Origin: Halomonas sp.
GTDB lineage: Bacteria; Pseudomonadota; Gammaproteobacteria; Pseudomonadales; Halomonadaceae
Length of the DNA: 64,000 nucleotides
Direction: 5' to 3'
NCBI GenBank assembly: GCA_011050415.1
Contig: DRFS01000006.1
Location: forward strand, 245,539-309,538
Part shown: piece by piece, positions 11,101 through 20,524 of the stretch
Layout: every line of letters starts with the position of its first letter
Position numbering within the stretch: the first letter of the stretch is position 1
Position numbers and translations under genes: made by a program
Notes under the pieces: model-generated
The model's database searches: none
What the model was told of the DNA's origin: nothing
The model's input: only the letters and a program-made list of their open reading frames with translations

Positions 11101-12685
11101 AGGCATCCTTAACCTGTGCCGTAGGAGCCTGCTCTGCTGAGGGTTTATTAGTGCCATCCATAATAAAAACCTTCACCGCAGAAGCCACGATCAACGCAAA
11201 CAGAAACAGCACGGTAAAACCGCCTGCCGCCGCCAGGAATTTAATACCATCGACACCCTGGGCGCCGCCGCCGAAGGCAACCATCACATAAGCGATAATC
11301 GCGATTGACAGCCCCCAAAGGATCTTCTGCTTACGGGGGGCCTCCTCTTCTGCGGTCATGTTTTTAGTGCAGATGGTGGCAATGGTCGATGACATTGAGT
11401 CAGCCGCCGTGGAGAAGGAGATAATCAGCGTAAAAATAGCCAGCGGGATCAGCAAGGCAGACATAGGCAAGTGCTGCAGGAAGCCCCAGAGACCTGAAAC
11501 TGCACCGTTCTCAGTCACTACACTCACCAGATCCAGGGTGCCATCCATTTGCCACTTGATTGCCGATCCACCCCAGATAGCAAACCACACGATGCCGAAC
11601 AGTGAAGGCAGTATCCAGTTAATCACCAGAAATTCCCGTAGCGTTCTGCCATAGGAAATACGCGCCAAAAAAAGGCCCATCAAAGGCGCATAGGCGATCC
11701 ATATCGACCAGTCGTACATGGTCCACCAGGTAACCAGCGCTTCACCACCAGACTCTTTGGTATCGAATGACCAGAGAAAGAAGTTATCGAACCAGTAGCC
11801 CAAACTGGTCACCGACAGACTCAGGATGTAGTTCACTGGGCCAATAATCAGCAGAATGAGCACAAAGGCGTAGAAGATGTAAGCATTGACCGATGAAAGA
11901 AAGCGGATACCCCGCTTAAGACCGGACACCGCCGAAGTAATAAAGATAGCCGAAATAACCAGCGTTAAAATCAGCCAAGTGGTAGGGCTAGAGGCAATGC
12001 CATATTCGGCTTCAATGCCAGAACTGATCAGCGCAAGACCAGCCCCTAACGACGAAGCCAGGCCCAGCGCAATGGCAAGAATCGAGATAATATCGACCAC
12101 GGCACGCACGCTAGGATTGCGCTCTTTATTGCCCAATAACGGAGCGAGTGTTGAAGAGATCGAGAAGCGCTCTTTGCGATTAAAGTGCATATAGCCAATC
12201 ATCAAACCAACAATGGAGTACATGGCGTAGGGAATAAAGCTCCAGTTATGAAAGCTTCTGGCCAATGCAAAAATCGCCGCTTCGCCACTGTTAGGTTCAA
12301 ATGACTGGTTGCCGATTTCACCATAGACATTGCCGAGATAGATGATGGGCTCATTAACTGAATAGGTCACCACCCCGGTGGCGATGCCGCCGGTCAACGC
12401 CATAGCAAAGGTGGTTGCTAACGAAAACGTTGGCTTCGCGTTCGCCCCACCCAAACGAATATTGCCTGCCTTGGAAAAAAATATAAAAGCGGTGACACCC
12501 AAGGTCGAAATGGCCAGCAGTTGATAAAGCCAACCGAAGTCAGAAAGCGAGAGATAGAACAACTGCCTGGCAACACTAACCAGTAGTTCGTTGTTAACCA
12601 AGCCAATAATAACGGCCACCATAATAATGGCGAAGGCCGGGATAAAGACGCTGCGTTTTAACTGTTTTCCGTCTGATAGTGACAT
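11093..12685 (-). CDS. BCCT (betaine/choline/carnitine) family transporter
   Basis: About 12 TMs; GNIRLGG...KPTFS...FAMA..GG.A.G, HNWSF..YA.Y, WTMYDWSIWIAYAPLMGLFLARISYGRTLREF, TAADS. Confidence 0.92.
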   Translation of the reverse strand: MSLSDGKQLKRSVFIPAFAIIMVAVIIGLVNNELLVSVARQLFYLSLSDFGWLYQLLAISTLGVTAFIFFSKAGNIRLGGANAKPTFSLATTFAMALTGGIATGVVTYSVNEPIIYLGNVYGEIGNQSFEPNSGEAAIFALARSFHNWSFIPYAMYSIVGLMIGYMHFNRKERFSISSTLAPLLGNKERNPSVRAVVDIISILAIALGLASSLGAGLALISSGIEAEYGIASSPTTWLILTLVISAIFITSAVSGLKRGIRFLSSVNAYIFYAFVLILLIIGPVNYILSLSVTSLGYWFDNFFLWSFDTKESGGEALVTWWTMYDWSIWIAYAPLMGLFLARISYGRTLREFLVINWILPSLFGIVWFAIWGGSAIKWQMDGTLDLVSVVTENGAVSGLWGFLQHLPMSALLIPLAIFTLIISFSTAADSMSSTIATICTKNMTAEEEAPRKQKILWGLSIAIIAYVMVAFGGGAQGVDGIKFLAAAGGFTVLFLFALIVASAVKVFIMDGTNKPSAEQAPTAQVKDAYE

Positions 12686-12809
12686 TTAATGTCTCCTGTC
12701 GAGGTTTATTCTTATGACGCTTTTTTATCAGCTGCCGACGGCTCTCTGTCGGCACCTGTACCTGTGTATCCAGCAACGCTAACGGTAAGGAGGTTGTTGA
12801 TAAGAACGG

Positions 12810-14489
12810 CTACTTCACCATTGGCTTAACCATCGGTAAGTCGAGCCCCTGTTCAGTGGCACTCTGCTTGGCGATGTCGTAGCCGGCATCGGCGTGGCGC
12901 ATAACCCCGGTGGCCGGGTCATTGCGCAGCACGCGGCCCAATCGAGCATGAGCGTCATCCGTGCCATCGGCGACGATCACTACCCCTGCATGCTGGGAGT
13001 AACCCATGCCCACTCCACCGCCATGGTGAAGAGAAACCCAGGTAGCGCCCCCGGCAGTGTTGAGCAGCGCATTGAGCAGCGGCCAGTCGGAGACGGCATC
13101 CGAGCCATCCTGCATTGATTCAGTCTCGCGATTGGGGCTGGCCACCGAGCCGGAGTCCAGGTGGTCGCGACCAATCACAATAGGTGCTTTGAGCTCGCCA
13201 CTGGCGACCATGGCGTTAAACGCCTGCCCCAAGCGAGCACGATCCTTTAAGCCAACCCAGCAGATGCGCGCCGGTAAGCCCTGGAAGCTGATACGCTCCT
13301 TGGCCATATCCAGCCAGTTATGCAGATGCGGATCATCTGGGATGAGTTCTTTGACTTTCTGATCGGTTTTATAGATATCTTCTGGATCACCGGAGAGCGC
13401 CACCCAGCGGAATGGGCCAATTCCCTGGCAGAACAGTGGGCGAATGTAGGCAGGCACAAAGCCGGGGAAGTCGAAAGCGTTAGAAACGCCCTCCTCCTGA
13501 GCCATCTGGCGAATGTTATTGCCATAATCGAAGGTAGGTATACCCATTGCCTGGAAGTCGAGCATGGCCTGCACATGCACCGCCATGGAGCGCTTAGCCG
13601 CCTTAACCACCACCTCGGGCTCGGTCTTCCCGCGTGTCAGATACTCATCCCATGACCAGCCTGCGGGCAGATAACCGTGCAGTGGGTCGTGAGCGCTGGT
13701 CTGGTCGGTTACCATATCCGGCTTGATGCCACGCTTAATCAGTTCCGGCAATATTTCAGCGGCATTGCCATGCAGCGCAATCGAGACGGCTTTACCTTCT
13801 GAGGTATAGCGCTCCAGGCGCGCCAGGGCATCGTCGAGGTCACTCGCCTGCTCATCCACATAGCGGGTACGCAGACGCATATCAATACGACTCTGCTGAC
13901 ACTCAATATTCAGGCTGCAGGCACCCGCTAGCGTTGCCGCCAATGGCTGCGCCCCGCCCATACCACCAAGACCGGCCGTCAGAATCCAGCGCCCGGCCAG
14001 CTTGCCGTCGTAGTGCTGCCGACCAGCCTCAACAAAGGTCTCGTAGGTGCCCTGGACAATGCCCTGAGAACCGATGTAGATCCATGAACCAGCCGTCATC
14101 TGGCCGTACATCATCAGGCCTTTCTTATCCAGTTCATTGAAATGCTCCCAGTTAGCCCAGGCTGGCACTAGGTTGGAATTGGCAATCAGCACCCTCGGGG
14201 CGTCTTTATGGGTTTCAAATACCCCCACCGGCTTACCAGACTGAATCAGCAGTGACTGGTTATCTTCTAAACGTTTGAGCGTTTCAACGATGGTATCGAA
14301 ACACTCCCAATTGCGGGCGGCGCGGCCAATCCCGCCATAGACCACCAGCTCTTTGGGATTCTCGGCGACATCTGGATCTAGGTTGTTCATCAGCATGCGC
14401 AGCGGTGCTTCAGTCAGCCAGCTCTTGCAGGAGAGCTCGACTCCATGAGGTGCCCGAATTTCGGTATCGCGAAAACGTGAAAGAGACAT
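12810..14489 (-). CDS. hutU: Urocanate hydratase
   Basis: [71 protein letters not shown]. Confidence 0.98.
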   Translation of the reverse strand: MSLSRFRDTEIRAPHGVELSCKSWLTEAPLRMLMNNLDPDVAENPKELVVYGGIGRAARNWECFDTIVETLKRLEDNQSLLIQSGKPVGVFETHKDAPRVLIANSNLVPAWANWEHFNELDKKGLMMYGQMTAGSWIYIGSQGIVQGTYETFVEAGRQHYDGKLAGRWILTAGLGGMGGAQPLAATLAGACSLNIECQQSRIDMRLRTRYVDEQASDLDDALARLERYTSEGKAVSIALHGNAAEILPELIKRGIKPDMVTDQTSAHDPLHGYLPAGWSWDEYLTRGKTEPEVVVKAAKRSMAVHVQAMLDFQAMGIPTFDYGNNIRQMAQEEGVSNAFDFPGFVPAYIRPLFCQGIGPFRWVALSGDPEDIYKTDQKVKELIPDDPHLHNWLDMAKERISFQGLPARICWVGLKDRARLGQAFNAMVASGELKAPIVIGRDHLDSGSVASPNRETESMQDGSDAVSDWPLLNALLNTAGGATWVSLHHGGGVGMGYSQHAGVVIVADGTDDAHARLGRVLRNDPATGVMRHADAGYDIAKQSATEQGLDLPMVKPMVK

Positions 14490-14515
14490 GCTAACTCCTG
14501 TTTGTTGTCAAAGTT

Positions 14516-14525
14516 TGTATATACA
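14516..14525. promoter_or_regulatory. HutC operator candidate upstream of hutU
   Basis: Perfect palindrome TGTATATACA (TGTA-N2-TACA HutC-type), nested in a longer inverted repeat TTGTTGTCA...TGACAACAA (14502-14537). Confidence 0.8.
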
Positions 14526-14707
14526 TTATGACAACAACCACTTCTGCGCAATCACCTAAATCGCCCTTTTTAGCAAAAAAACAACTCAGTCTTAAATATT
14601 CGCCAACATAGTGCAAACGCCAATAATAGAACGAAATTGCGCACCAAAATGGACTTTAAGAGAAAATTCCAACTCTCTTCTTTACCTAAGAAGCGGACTT
14701 CGCTATA

Positions 14708-14717
14708 TGTATATACA
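14708..14717. promoter_or_regulatory. HutC operator candidate upstream of hutF
   Basis: Perfect TGTATATACA about 35 bp before the hutF ATG. Confidence 0.8.
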
Positions 14718-14750
14718 TTATCCGTTATTCGTTAACAAAAAGGAGCCCCA

Positions 14751-16112
14751 ATGACCCATTGCTATTTTGCTGATCATGCCCTACTACCGACTGGATGGGC
14801 CTCTCAGGTGCTGTTCGAAGTCGATGCCACGGGCATGCTTACATCGGTACTGCCCAACAGCTCGCCCGGCAACGCCCAGCGCTTAGCCGGGCCAGCGCTA
14901 CCCGGTATGCCTAACCTACATTCACACGCTTTTCAGCGCGTCATGGCGGGCCTAGCAGAAGTCGGTAGCCCCCAGCCAGACAGCTTCTGGAGCTGGCGAG
15001 ACCGCATGTACGGCTTGGTTGACCGCCTGACACCGGATCAAGTGGGCACCATTGCCCAGGCGCTCTACATCGAAATGCTCAAGGGCGGCTATACGCAGGT
15101 CAGCGAATTTCATTATTTGCACCACGATGTATCGGGCCAAGCCCATAGCGATCCGGCTGAAATGGCCTGGGCGATTAGCCAAGCAGCCGATCGCAGTGGC
15201 ATTGCGCTTACCTTGCTACCGGTGCTTTACGCCCACAGCGGCTTTGGCGGCCAGCCACCCAATCATGGGCAAAGACGTTTTATCCACGCCGTACCAGATT
15301 TTTTGAAATTGCTTGAGACGTTGAAGCCAAGCTTTGCCGACCACTCCACACAGGCACTAGGCATGGCGTTTCATTCCCTGCGCGCGGTGACATTGGAAGA
15401 GATCCAGGCGGTGCTGGCGACGAACCCTGTCGGGCCACGCCACATCCATGTCGCCGAGCAGCAACGCGAAGTGGAAGACAGCCTCGCCTATTCAGGCAAA
15501 CGCCCTGTGCGCTGGCTACTGGATAACGTTGAGGTGGATGAGCGCTGGTGTTTGATCCATGCCACTCACCTAGACGACTCAGAAGTACATGACCTCGCCA
15601 CTAGCGGCGCCGTAGCGGGGCTCTGCCCGACCACCGAGGCCAATCTGGGCGACGGCATCTTCCGCGCAGTGGAGTATGCCGCCCAGGGTGGGCGTCTGGG
15701 CATTGGCTCCGACAGCCATGTCTCACTCGACGTGGTTGAAGAGCTACGCCTGCTTGAGTACGGCCAGCGCCTTGCCACCCAACAGCGCAACTGCCTGCAC
15801 AGTAGCGACATACGCCCAGTGGGCGACTGGCTTTATCGCCATGCCTTAGCGGGAGGCGCCCAAGCCTCTGGCCAACCCATCGGCGCACTCGAAGCGGGCA
15901 AGCGGGCCGATATTGTCGTTCTTGATAGCAGCGACCCCTACCTCGCCACCAGTACAGACGAAACGCGGCTAGGACGTTGGCTGTTTGGCGGCTCCAAACA
16001 ACAGATACGCGATGTCATGGTCGCAGGCCGCTGGGTTATCCAGCAGCGGCGTCACGCCCTCGATGAGGCCAACAATGCAGCGCTTGCCAAACTGTTCCGT
16101 GAGATAGGTTAA
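14751..16112 (+). CDS. hutF: Formimidoylglutamate deiminase
   Basis: PGMPNLHSHAFQR.MAGLAE, DSFWSWRDRMY, EFHYLHH, FHSLRAV, HIHVAEQ..EV, CPTTEANLGDG, IGSDSH. Confidence 0.96.
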   Translation: MTHCYFADHALLPTGWASQVLFEVDATGMLTSVLPNSSPGNAQRLAGPALPGMPNLHSHAFQRVMAGLAEVGSPQPDSFWSWRDRMYGLVDRLTPDQVGTIAQALYIEMLKGGYTQVSEFHYLHHDVSGQAHSDPAEMAWAISQAADRSGIALTLLPVLYAHSGFGGQPPNHGQRRFIHAVPDFLKLLETLKPSFADHSTQALGMAFHSLRAVTLEEIQAVLATNPVGPRHIHVAEQQREVEDSLAYSGKRPVRWLLDNVEVDERWCLIHATHLDDSEVHDLATSGAVAGLCPTTEANLGDGIFRAVEYAAQGGRLGIGSDSHVSLDVVEELRLLEYGQRLATQQRNCLHSSDIRPVGDWLYRHALAGGAQASGQPIGALEAGKRADIVVLDSSDPYLATSTDETRLGRWLFGGSKQQIRDVMVAGRWVIQQRRHALDEANNAALAKLFREIG

Positions 16113-16138
16113 GCCGTTTGGCGCGAGGACGGCTTAAC
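16108..16138. terminator. Stem-loop between convergent hutF and hutC
   Basis: 10-bp perfect stem GTTAAGCCGT / ACGGCTTAAC; no long U tract, so a bidirectional terminator role is inferred. Confidence 0.45.
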
Positions 16139-16153
16139 AGCTTGCAAGAACGA

Positions 16154-16867
16154 CTACTTAGAAGAGTGCGCCATGGTGCGCAATTTATAGCGGTCACCGG
16201 GATGCAGCAGATGAGCATAGCTAATTAGGCGGTCGCCTGACCAAGTGCGCCGACGAACACTCAGGCAGGGTAGCGCAGCATCGATTTCTAGCCACTCTGC
16301 TGCACCCGCTTCTGGCAGCACCGCCTCTACCACGTGCTCCATATCGGTAATCGGGCAAGCGGCAACCAACACCTCATTGGGGGTTTGGCGATTGAAGTCT
16401 GCCTCCAAATAGCCAGGTACCCAGCGTGGATTGACGAAGCGCTCTTCGAGCTGGATCGGCTGGCCATTTTCCAGGTGAATAAGAATCGAATGAAACAACC
16501 TAGTCCCGATACGTACGCCCATCCGAAGGGCGATCTCATCGTCAGCATGCAACGCTTCGCAACTCACCACACGATTAGCGTATTCGTGGCCACGGCTGCG
16601 TACCTCATCGGCGATATTATTAATTTCGGCCAATGGCGACTCAGAGCGGCGATCCGTCACAAAGGTGCCGATCCCCGATTGGCGCACCAGATAGCCTTCC
16701 TGCACTAGGTCGCGAATGGCTTTGTTGGCCGTCATCCTGCTGACACCGAAGGTAACCGCAAGCTGCTCCTCAGGCGGGATCTTATGATCGACGGGAAAAT
16801 GACCTGTTTGGATATTATCCAGCAAGTACTGTTTGATCTGTTGATACCGGGGCGGTTGGCGTCCCAC
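16154..16867 (-). CDS. hutC: Histidine utilization repressor (GntR/UTRA), copy 1
   Basis: PRYQQIK, GVSRMTANKA, RQSGIGTFV, NIADEVRSRGH, QLEERFVNP, EHVVEA, RRTWS. GTG start. Confidence 0.9.
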   Translation of the reverse strand: MGRQPPRYQQIKQYLLDNIQTGHFPVDHKIPPEEQLAVTFGVSRMTANKAIRDLVQEGYLVRQSGIGTFVTDRRSESPLAEINNIADEVRSRGHEYANRVVSCEALHADDEIALRMGVRIGTRLFHSILIHLENGQPIQLEERFVNPRWVPGYLEADFNRQTPNEVLVAACPITDMEHVVEAVLPEAGAAEWLEIDAALPCLSVRRRTWSGDRLISYAHLLHPGDRYKLRTMAHSSK

Positions 16868-16922
16868 GTGCTCTCCTCAAATCCCTTTCACCACCCCACT
16901 TATTAGCACTCCGAAAGGAACA

Positions 16923-17519
16923 TCAAGCCCGTGGAAACAGGTCGATCCTAATCAGGCGCGTTGCAGGCAGCGTCTCAAATGTCATTATGTGACAGCTCTC
17001 GGTCGCTAACTCGTCATCAGCGCTGGGCCAGCGCCAAACATCGCCACTCTTAAGGAGCAGCGGCGGCTCACCGGCCAGCCACGCCTGCCCGTCAACGGCT
17101 AAGATAAGTGTCTCAGCGCTCGGGGCTTGCCTTAGCGACTCCCCAGACGTTAGCCAACGAACAGAAGCCTGCCAGTTTGCTGAATTGTACATTAAATTCA
17201 GCGCCCGGCTCGGCCCTTCAGGCAACAAGCAGTTCACCGCTGTTTCACCATCGAACAGGTAGCTTTCCCGTGGTGCCAAAACAGCACGCTGATCAGGCAA
17301 AACAAGTGTGACCGGATGCTCACCTATCACCGTAAAGTGACGCCTGACCCCAGCAATAATCGAGAATGGCCCCTCCCGCTCAAGTTCAGCCACCGAAACC
17401 CGCCAGCCTGGCGATTCCCCATCGCCCTTCTGGCGCGCCACTTCGCGTGTTACGCCACCGCCATTTTGCCAAGCGATGGGCAAAAGATCGGTAAAGCGTA
17501 ACCTCTCAGGCAGCTTCAT
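16923..17519 (-). CDS. hutD: HutD family protein
   Basis: WQNGGGVTREVA, WRVSVAE....GPFS...GVRR, ALNLM. Confidence 0.88.
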   Translation of the reverse strand: MKLPERLRFTDLLPIAWQNGGGVTREVARQKGDGESPGWRVSVAELEREGPFSIIAGVRRHFTVIGEHPVTLVLPDQRAVLAPRESYLFDGETAVNCLLPEGPSRALNLMYNSANWQASVRWLTSGESLRQAPSAETLILAVDGQAWLAGEPPLLLKSGDVWRWPSADDELATESCHIMTFETLPATRLIRIDLFPRA

Positions 17520-17532
17520 TGATGGCTCCTCA

Positions 17533-18504
17533 TCAGGATGCAGCGGCCTTGCGGTAGCTCATCGAGGCATCAATGCGGCCCAAGATGTAGTCACCCGCGG
17601 CTACTGGCGGATAGTGAGCTTCTGCTGCTGAGACACCAAGGTCGGCAGGATCAACGAGAGCCGTATAGTCGGGGTCATAGAAGGTCGCGATGGAGTAGCG
17701 TTCCCGGCCACTGGTATTGATGACCCGGTGCAGCGTCGAGCGAAAACGATCATTAGACCATCGCGCTAATAGATCGCCGACATTAACCACCAGCGAGCCC
17801 TCAATAAAAGGCGCATCAATCCAGCGCTCGCTACCCAGCTCGCGCACCTGCAAACCACCCACCGCATCCTGGTAGAGTAGCGTCACACAGCCATAATCGG
17901 TATGCGGGGCAACGCCAAATTGGTCCATCGGCCGATCGTCAGACTGAACGGGGTAATAGACCGCCTGAGTGCGTTGTAACGGCTTGGTATATTTAGCTGC
18001 AAAGAATTCAGGGTCGATCTCTAAGCTCATCGCAATAGCACGCAGCAGATCCGCGCCACAGCGGCCTACCTCCACAAAGTAGCGATCCATTGCTTGCTGG
18101 AATTCGGGCATAAAGTCCGGCCACTGGTTCGGTCCCCGTAGCGCTTCACCCGCCAGCACGCTCGGGTCATCCTCGGCCAGATCCAACCCAAAGCCATAGA
18201 ACTCCTTCTCATCGGGCCGGGTGGCCTGATACATCGTCGCCCCACCACGGCGATGAAAACCCCGGTGGCGTTTATTGACCGCCACCTGCGCCTTGCGCTC
18301 AAGCGGCTCAGCAAAGAAGCGCTGGGCGACCTCCATGGCATCGTCTATCACCGCCTGGGGAAGACCATGATTGATAATGTAGAAGAAGCCCACCTGGGTG
18401 CAGGCGTTATGTATCGCCTCACCAGCCCGAGCGAGAGCTTCAGCGTCACCCTCCCGTACGCCCTGCATATCCACAACAGGAATGTTCGTAGCTGAGTTAC
18501 TCAT
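17533..18504 (-). CDS. Fe(II)/2-oxoglutarate dioxygenase, isopenicillin N synthase-like (DIOX_N + 2OG-FeII_Oxy)
   Basis: IPVVDM, ACTQVGFFYIINHG, PNQWP, HTDYG (HxD), VVNVGDLL.RWSND.FRSTLHRV, RYS. Confidence 0.92.
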   Translation of the reverse strand: MSNSATNIPVVDMQGVREGDAEALARAGEAIHNACTQVGFFYIINHGLPQAVIDDAMEVAQRFFAEPLERKAQVAVNKRHRGFHRRGGATMYQATRPDEKEFYGFGLDLAEDDPSVLAGEALRGPNQWPDFMPEFQQAMDRYFVEVGRCGADLLRAIAMSLEIDPEFFAAKYTKPLQRTQAVYYPVQSDDRPMDQFGVAPHTDYGCVTLLYQDAVGGLQVRELGSERWIDAPFIEGSLVVNVGDLLARWSNDRFRSTLHRVINTSGRERYSIATFYDPDYTALVDPADLGVSAAEAHYPPVAAGDYILGRIDASMSYRKAAAS

Positions 18505-18599
18505 CTTCGCAGTCTCCTAACGATAAGAACGTACTTGCGCACATTCTCTTAGCGGTTTTGTTTTCAATAATGGCCGTGAAGGCGTTGCAATAACGATTC

Positions 18600-18615
18600 T
18601 GCAATGCGCGTGCCA
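18600..18615 (-). promoter_or_regulatory. Sigma-54 (-24/-12) promoter for the dioxygenase-hutD-hutC unit
   Basis: Minus strand TGGCAC-GCGCA-TTGCA, an exact match to TGGCAC-N5-TTGCW, about 95 bp upstream of the ATG at 18504. Confidence 0.75.
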
Positions 18616-18645
18616 AAAGCCATCAAAAACACTCAACACTCAATA

Positions 18646-18655
18646 AGTATATACA
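18646..18655. promoter_or_regulatory. HutC operator candidate upstream of the IPNS-like dioxygenase
   Basis: AGTATATACA, one mismatch to TGTATATACA, 30 bp from the sigma-54 site. Confidence 0.55.
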
Positions 18656-18845
18656 TATTAAAATATCCGGCCTGAAAAACAGTCCTGAACAGGCAACTTA
18701 AATAGACCACCAACGCACATCCTTATCTGAAAATTGCGCCAACAAGAGGCATAAAGATAAAAAACGCACCAATATACACAAAAAAATCAAAAATCCTTAT
18801 TCGCCCACTAATGACTACTTTTCACTTGCATCAAGCCCACCCACC

Positions 18846-18855
18846 TGTATATACA
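18846..18855. promoter_or_regulatory. HutC operator candidate upstream of hutH
   Basis: Perfect TGTATATACA about 75 bp before the hutH ATG. Confidence 0.8.
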
Positions 18856-18929
18856 TAATAAAGGTAATTAACTTATCACCACCCTTTTCCCCACGGCATA
18901 CTGCTTACCAAGCGCCGATAGAGGTAACC

Positions 18930-20462
18930 ATGACATCGATACAACGACTCTCACCAGGCCAACTAACGCTTGCGACACTGCGCGAGCTTTTTGAGGGCAG
19001 CCCTACTATCGAGCTCGACGACGAGAGCCGCGCCAGGGTCGATCGTGCCGAAGCTACGGTTAGCGCCATTCTCGACAGCGGCCGTACCGTTTACGGTATT
19101 AATACCGGCTTTGGCGTGCTGGCCCAAACCTCCATACCACGCGATTCGCTGACCGAGCTGCAGCGTAACTTGGTGCTGTCGCACAGCACCGGGGTCGGTG
19201 ACAATCTGGATGACGCCACCGTGGGGATGATTCTGGCGCTCAAAGCGACGTCGCTGGCCCGTGGCCACTCCGGCGTCCGCTGGCTGATTATTGAAAGCCT
19301 ATTGGCGCTTTACAATGCGCGGGTCTATCCCTGCATTCCTGCCAAGGGCTCGGTTGGCGCCTCGGGGGATCTAGCGCCACTGGCGCATATGGCGGCCACC
19401 CTGCTCGGCGAAGGCCGCATGCGTCATCAAGGACGAGAGATGCCCGCCAGTGAGGGGCTGGCCCTGGCCGGTATCGAGCCGCTTACGCTGGCACCCAAGG
19501 AGGGGCTGGCACTGATCAACGGCACCCAGGTATCCACCGCTCTGGCGCTACGCGGGCTGTTCGCCACCGAGAAACTATTCACCGCAGCCGTGGTGGCAGG
19601 CAGTCTGTCGGTGGATGCATTGAAGGGCTCAGATACCCCGTTTGACGAGCGCATTCAGGCCGTTCGCGGCCACCCCGGTCAGCGTGATGTCGCCGCTTTC
19701 TACCGCGAGCTGCTAGCGGGCAGCCGGGTGCGCGAATCCCACCGCGACTGCCCGCGGGTTCAGGATCCCTACTCACTGCGCTGCCAGCCCCAGGTGATGG
19801 GCGCCTGTCTGGACCACTTGCGCTTTGCGGCGGGCGTATTTCTGCGTGAGGCCAACGCCGTTTCCGATAACCCGCTGGTGTTCGATAATGGTGATGTGCT
19901 TTCTGGCGGTAACTTCCATGCGGAGCCGGTAGCGATGGCCGCCGATGTACTGGCGCTGGTGATCTCAGAAATCGGCGCCTTGTCGGAGCGCCGCATCGCC
20001 CAATTGGTCGATCCAGCGCTATCCGGCTTGCCCGCCTTTCTAGTGACGGAGAGCGGGCTCAACTCCGGCTTTATGATCGCCCAGGTCAGCGCCGCCGCCC
20101 TGGCGTCCGAGAACAAAACTCTGGCCCATCCGGCTTCGGTAGATAGCTTACCGACCTCTGCCAATCAAGAAGACCACGTCTCCATGGCCACCTTCGCCGC
20201 AAGGCGCTTGGCCGATATGGCGTTTAACTCCAGCGCCGTGGTCGCCATTGAGCTGCTGGCAGCGGCCCAAGGGGTCGAATTTCATCGCCCCATGACCTCC
20301 TCAGTCGCCCTCGAGGAAGCGTTAGCGACCATACGCCGCGACGTGGCACGTTATGAGCGGGACCGCTACTTCGCCCCCGACCTGGTAGCCGCCCAGCGCT
20401 TCGTCAGCGACGCTGTCTTCGAGACGCTACTGCCCCGTTCACGGCTCTACGCTGAAGGTTGA
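18930..20462 (+). CDS. hutH: Histidine ammonia-lyase (canonical, MIO-forming)
   Basis: [36 protein letters not shown] (ASG intact), [39 protein letters not shown]. Confidence 0.97.
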   Translation: MTSIQRLSPGQLTLATLRELFEGSPTIELDDESRARVDRAEATVSAILDSGRTVYGINTGFGVLAQTSIPRDSLTELQRNLVLSHSTGVGDNLDDATVGMILALKATSLARGHSGVRWLIIESLLALYNARVYPCIPAKGSVGASGDLAPLAHMAATLLGEGRMRHQGREMPASEGLALAGIEPLTLAPKEGLALINGTQVSTALALRGLFATEKLFTAAVVAGSLSVDALKGSDTPFDERIQAVRGHPGQRDVAAFYRELLAGSRVRESHRDCPRVQDPYSLRCQPQVMGACLDHLRFAAGVFLREANAVSDNPLVFDNGDVLSGGNFHAEPVAMAADVLALVISEIGALSERRIAQLVDPALSGLPAFLVTESGLNSGFMIAQVSAAALASENKTLAHPASVDSLPTSANQEDHVSMATFAARRLADMAFNSSAVVAIELLAAAQGVEFHRPMTSSVALEEALATIRRDVARYERDRYFAPDLVAAQRFVSDAVFETLLPRSRLYAEG

Positions 20463-20524
20463 TATGAAACGACACTGCGCCTGCCGCTAACCACCAACGC
20501 GAAGCCGAACGAGCGAGATTGATC

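Noticed and set aside
11101-11157. ORF-track start of the HAL paralog at 11157
   Set aside because: It would overlap the BCCT gene by 65 bp; the Met at 11100 gives normal coupling and homologous length.
12733-12754. Rho-independent terminator between hutU and BCCT
   Set aside because: The hairpin TGCCGAC/GTCGGCA is present, but the T-run lies on the wrong side for minus-strand termination; it is more likely a stabilising or processing hairpin.
9544-14489. Complete ergothioneine degradation pathway
   Set aside because: It would need a thiourocanate hydratase and desulfurase-type enzymes; only one canonical-looking HutU is present. Not excluded, but less supported than hercynine.
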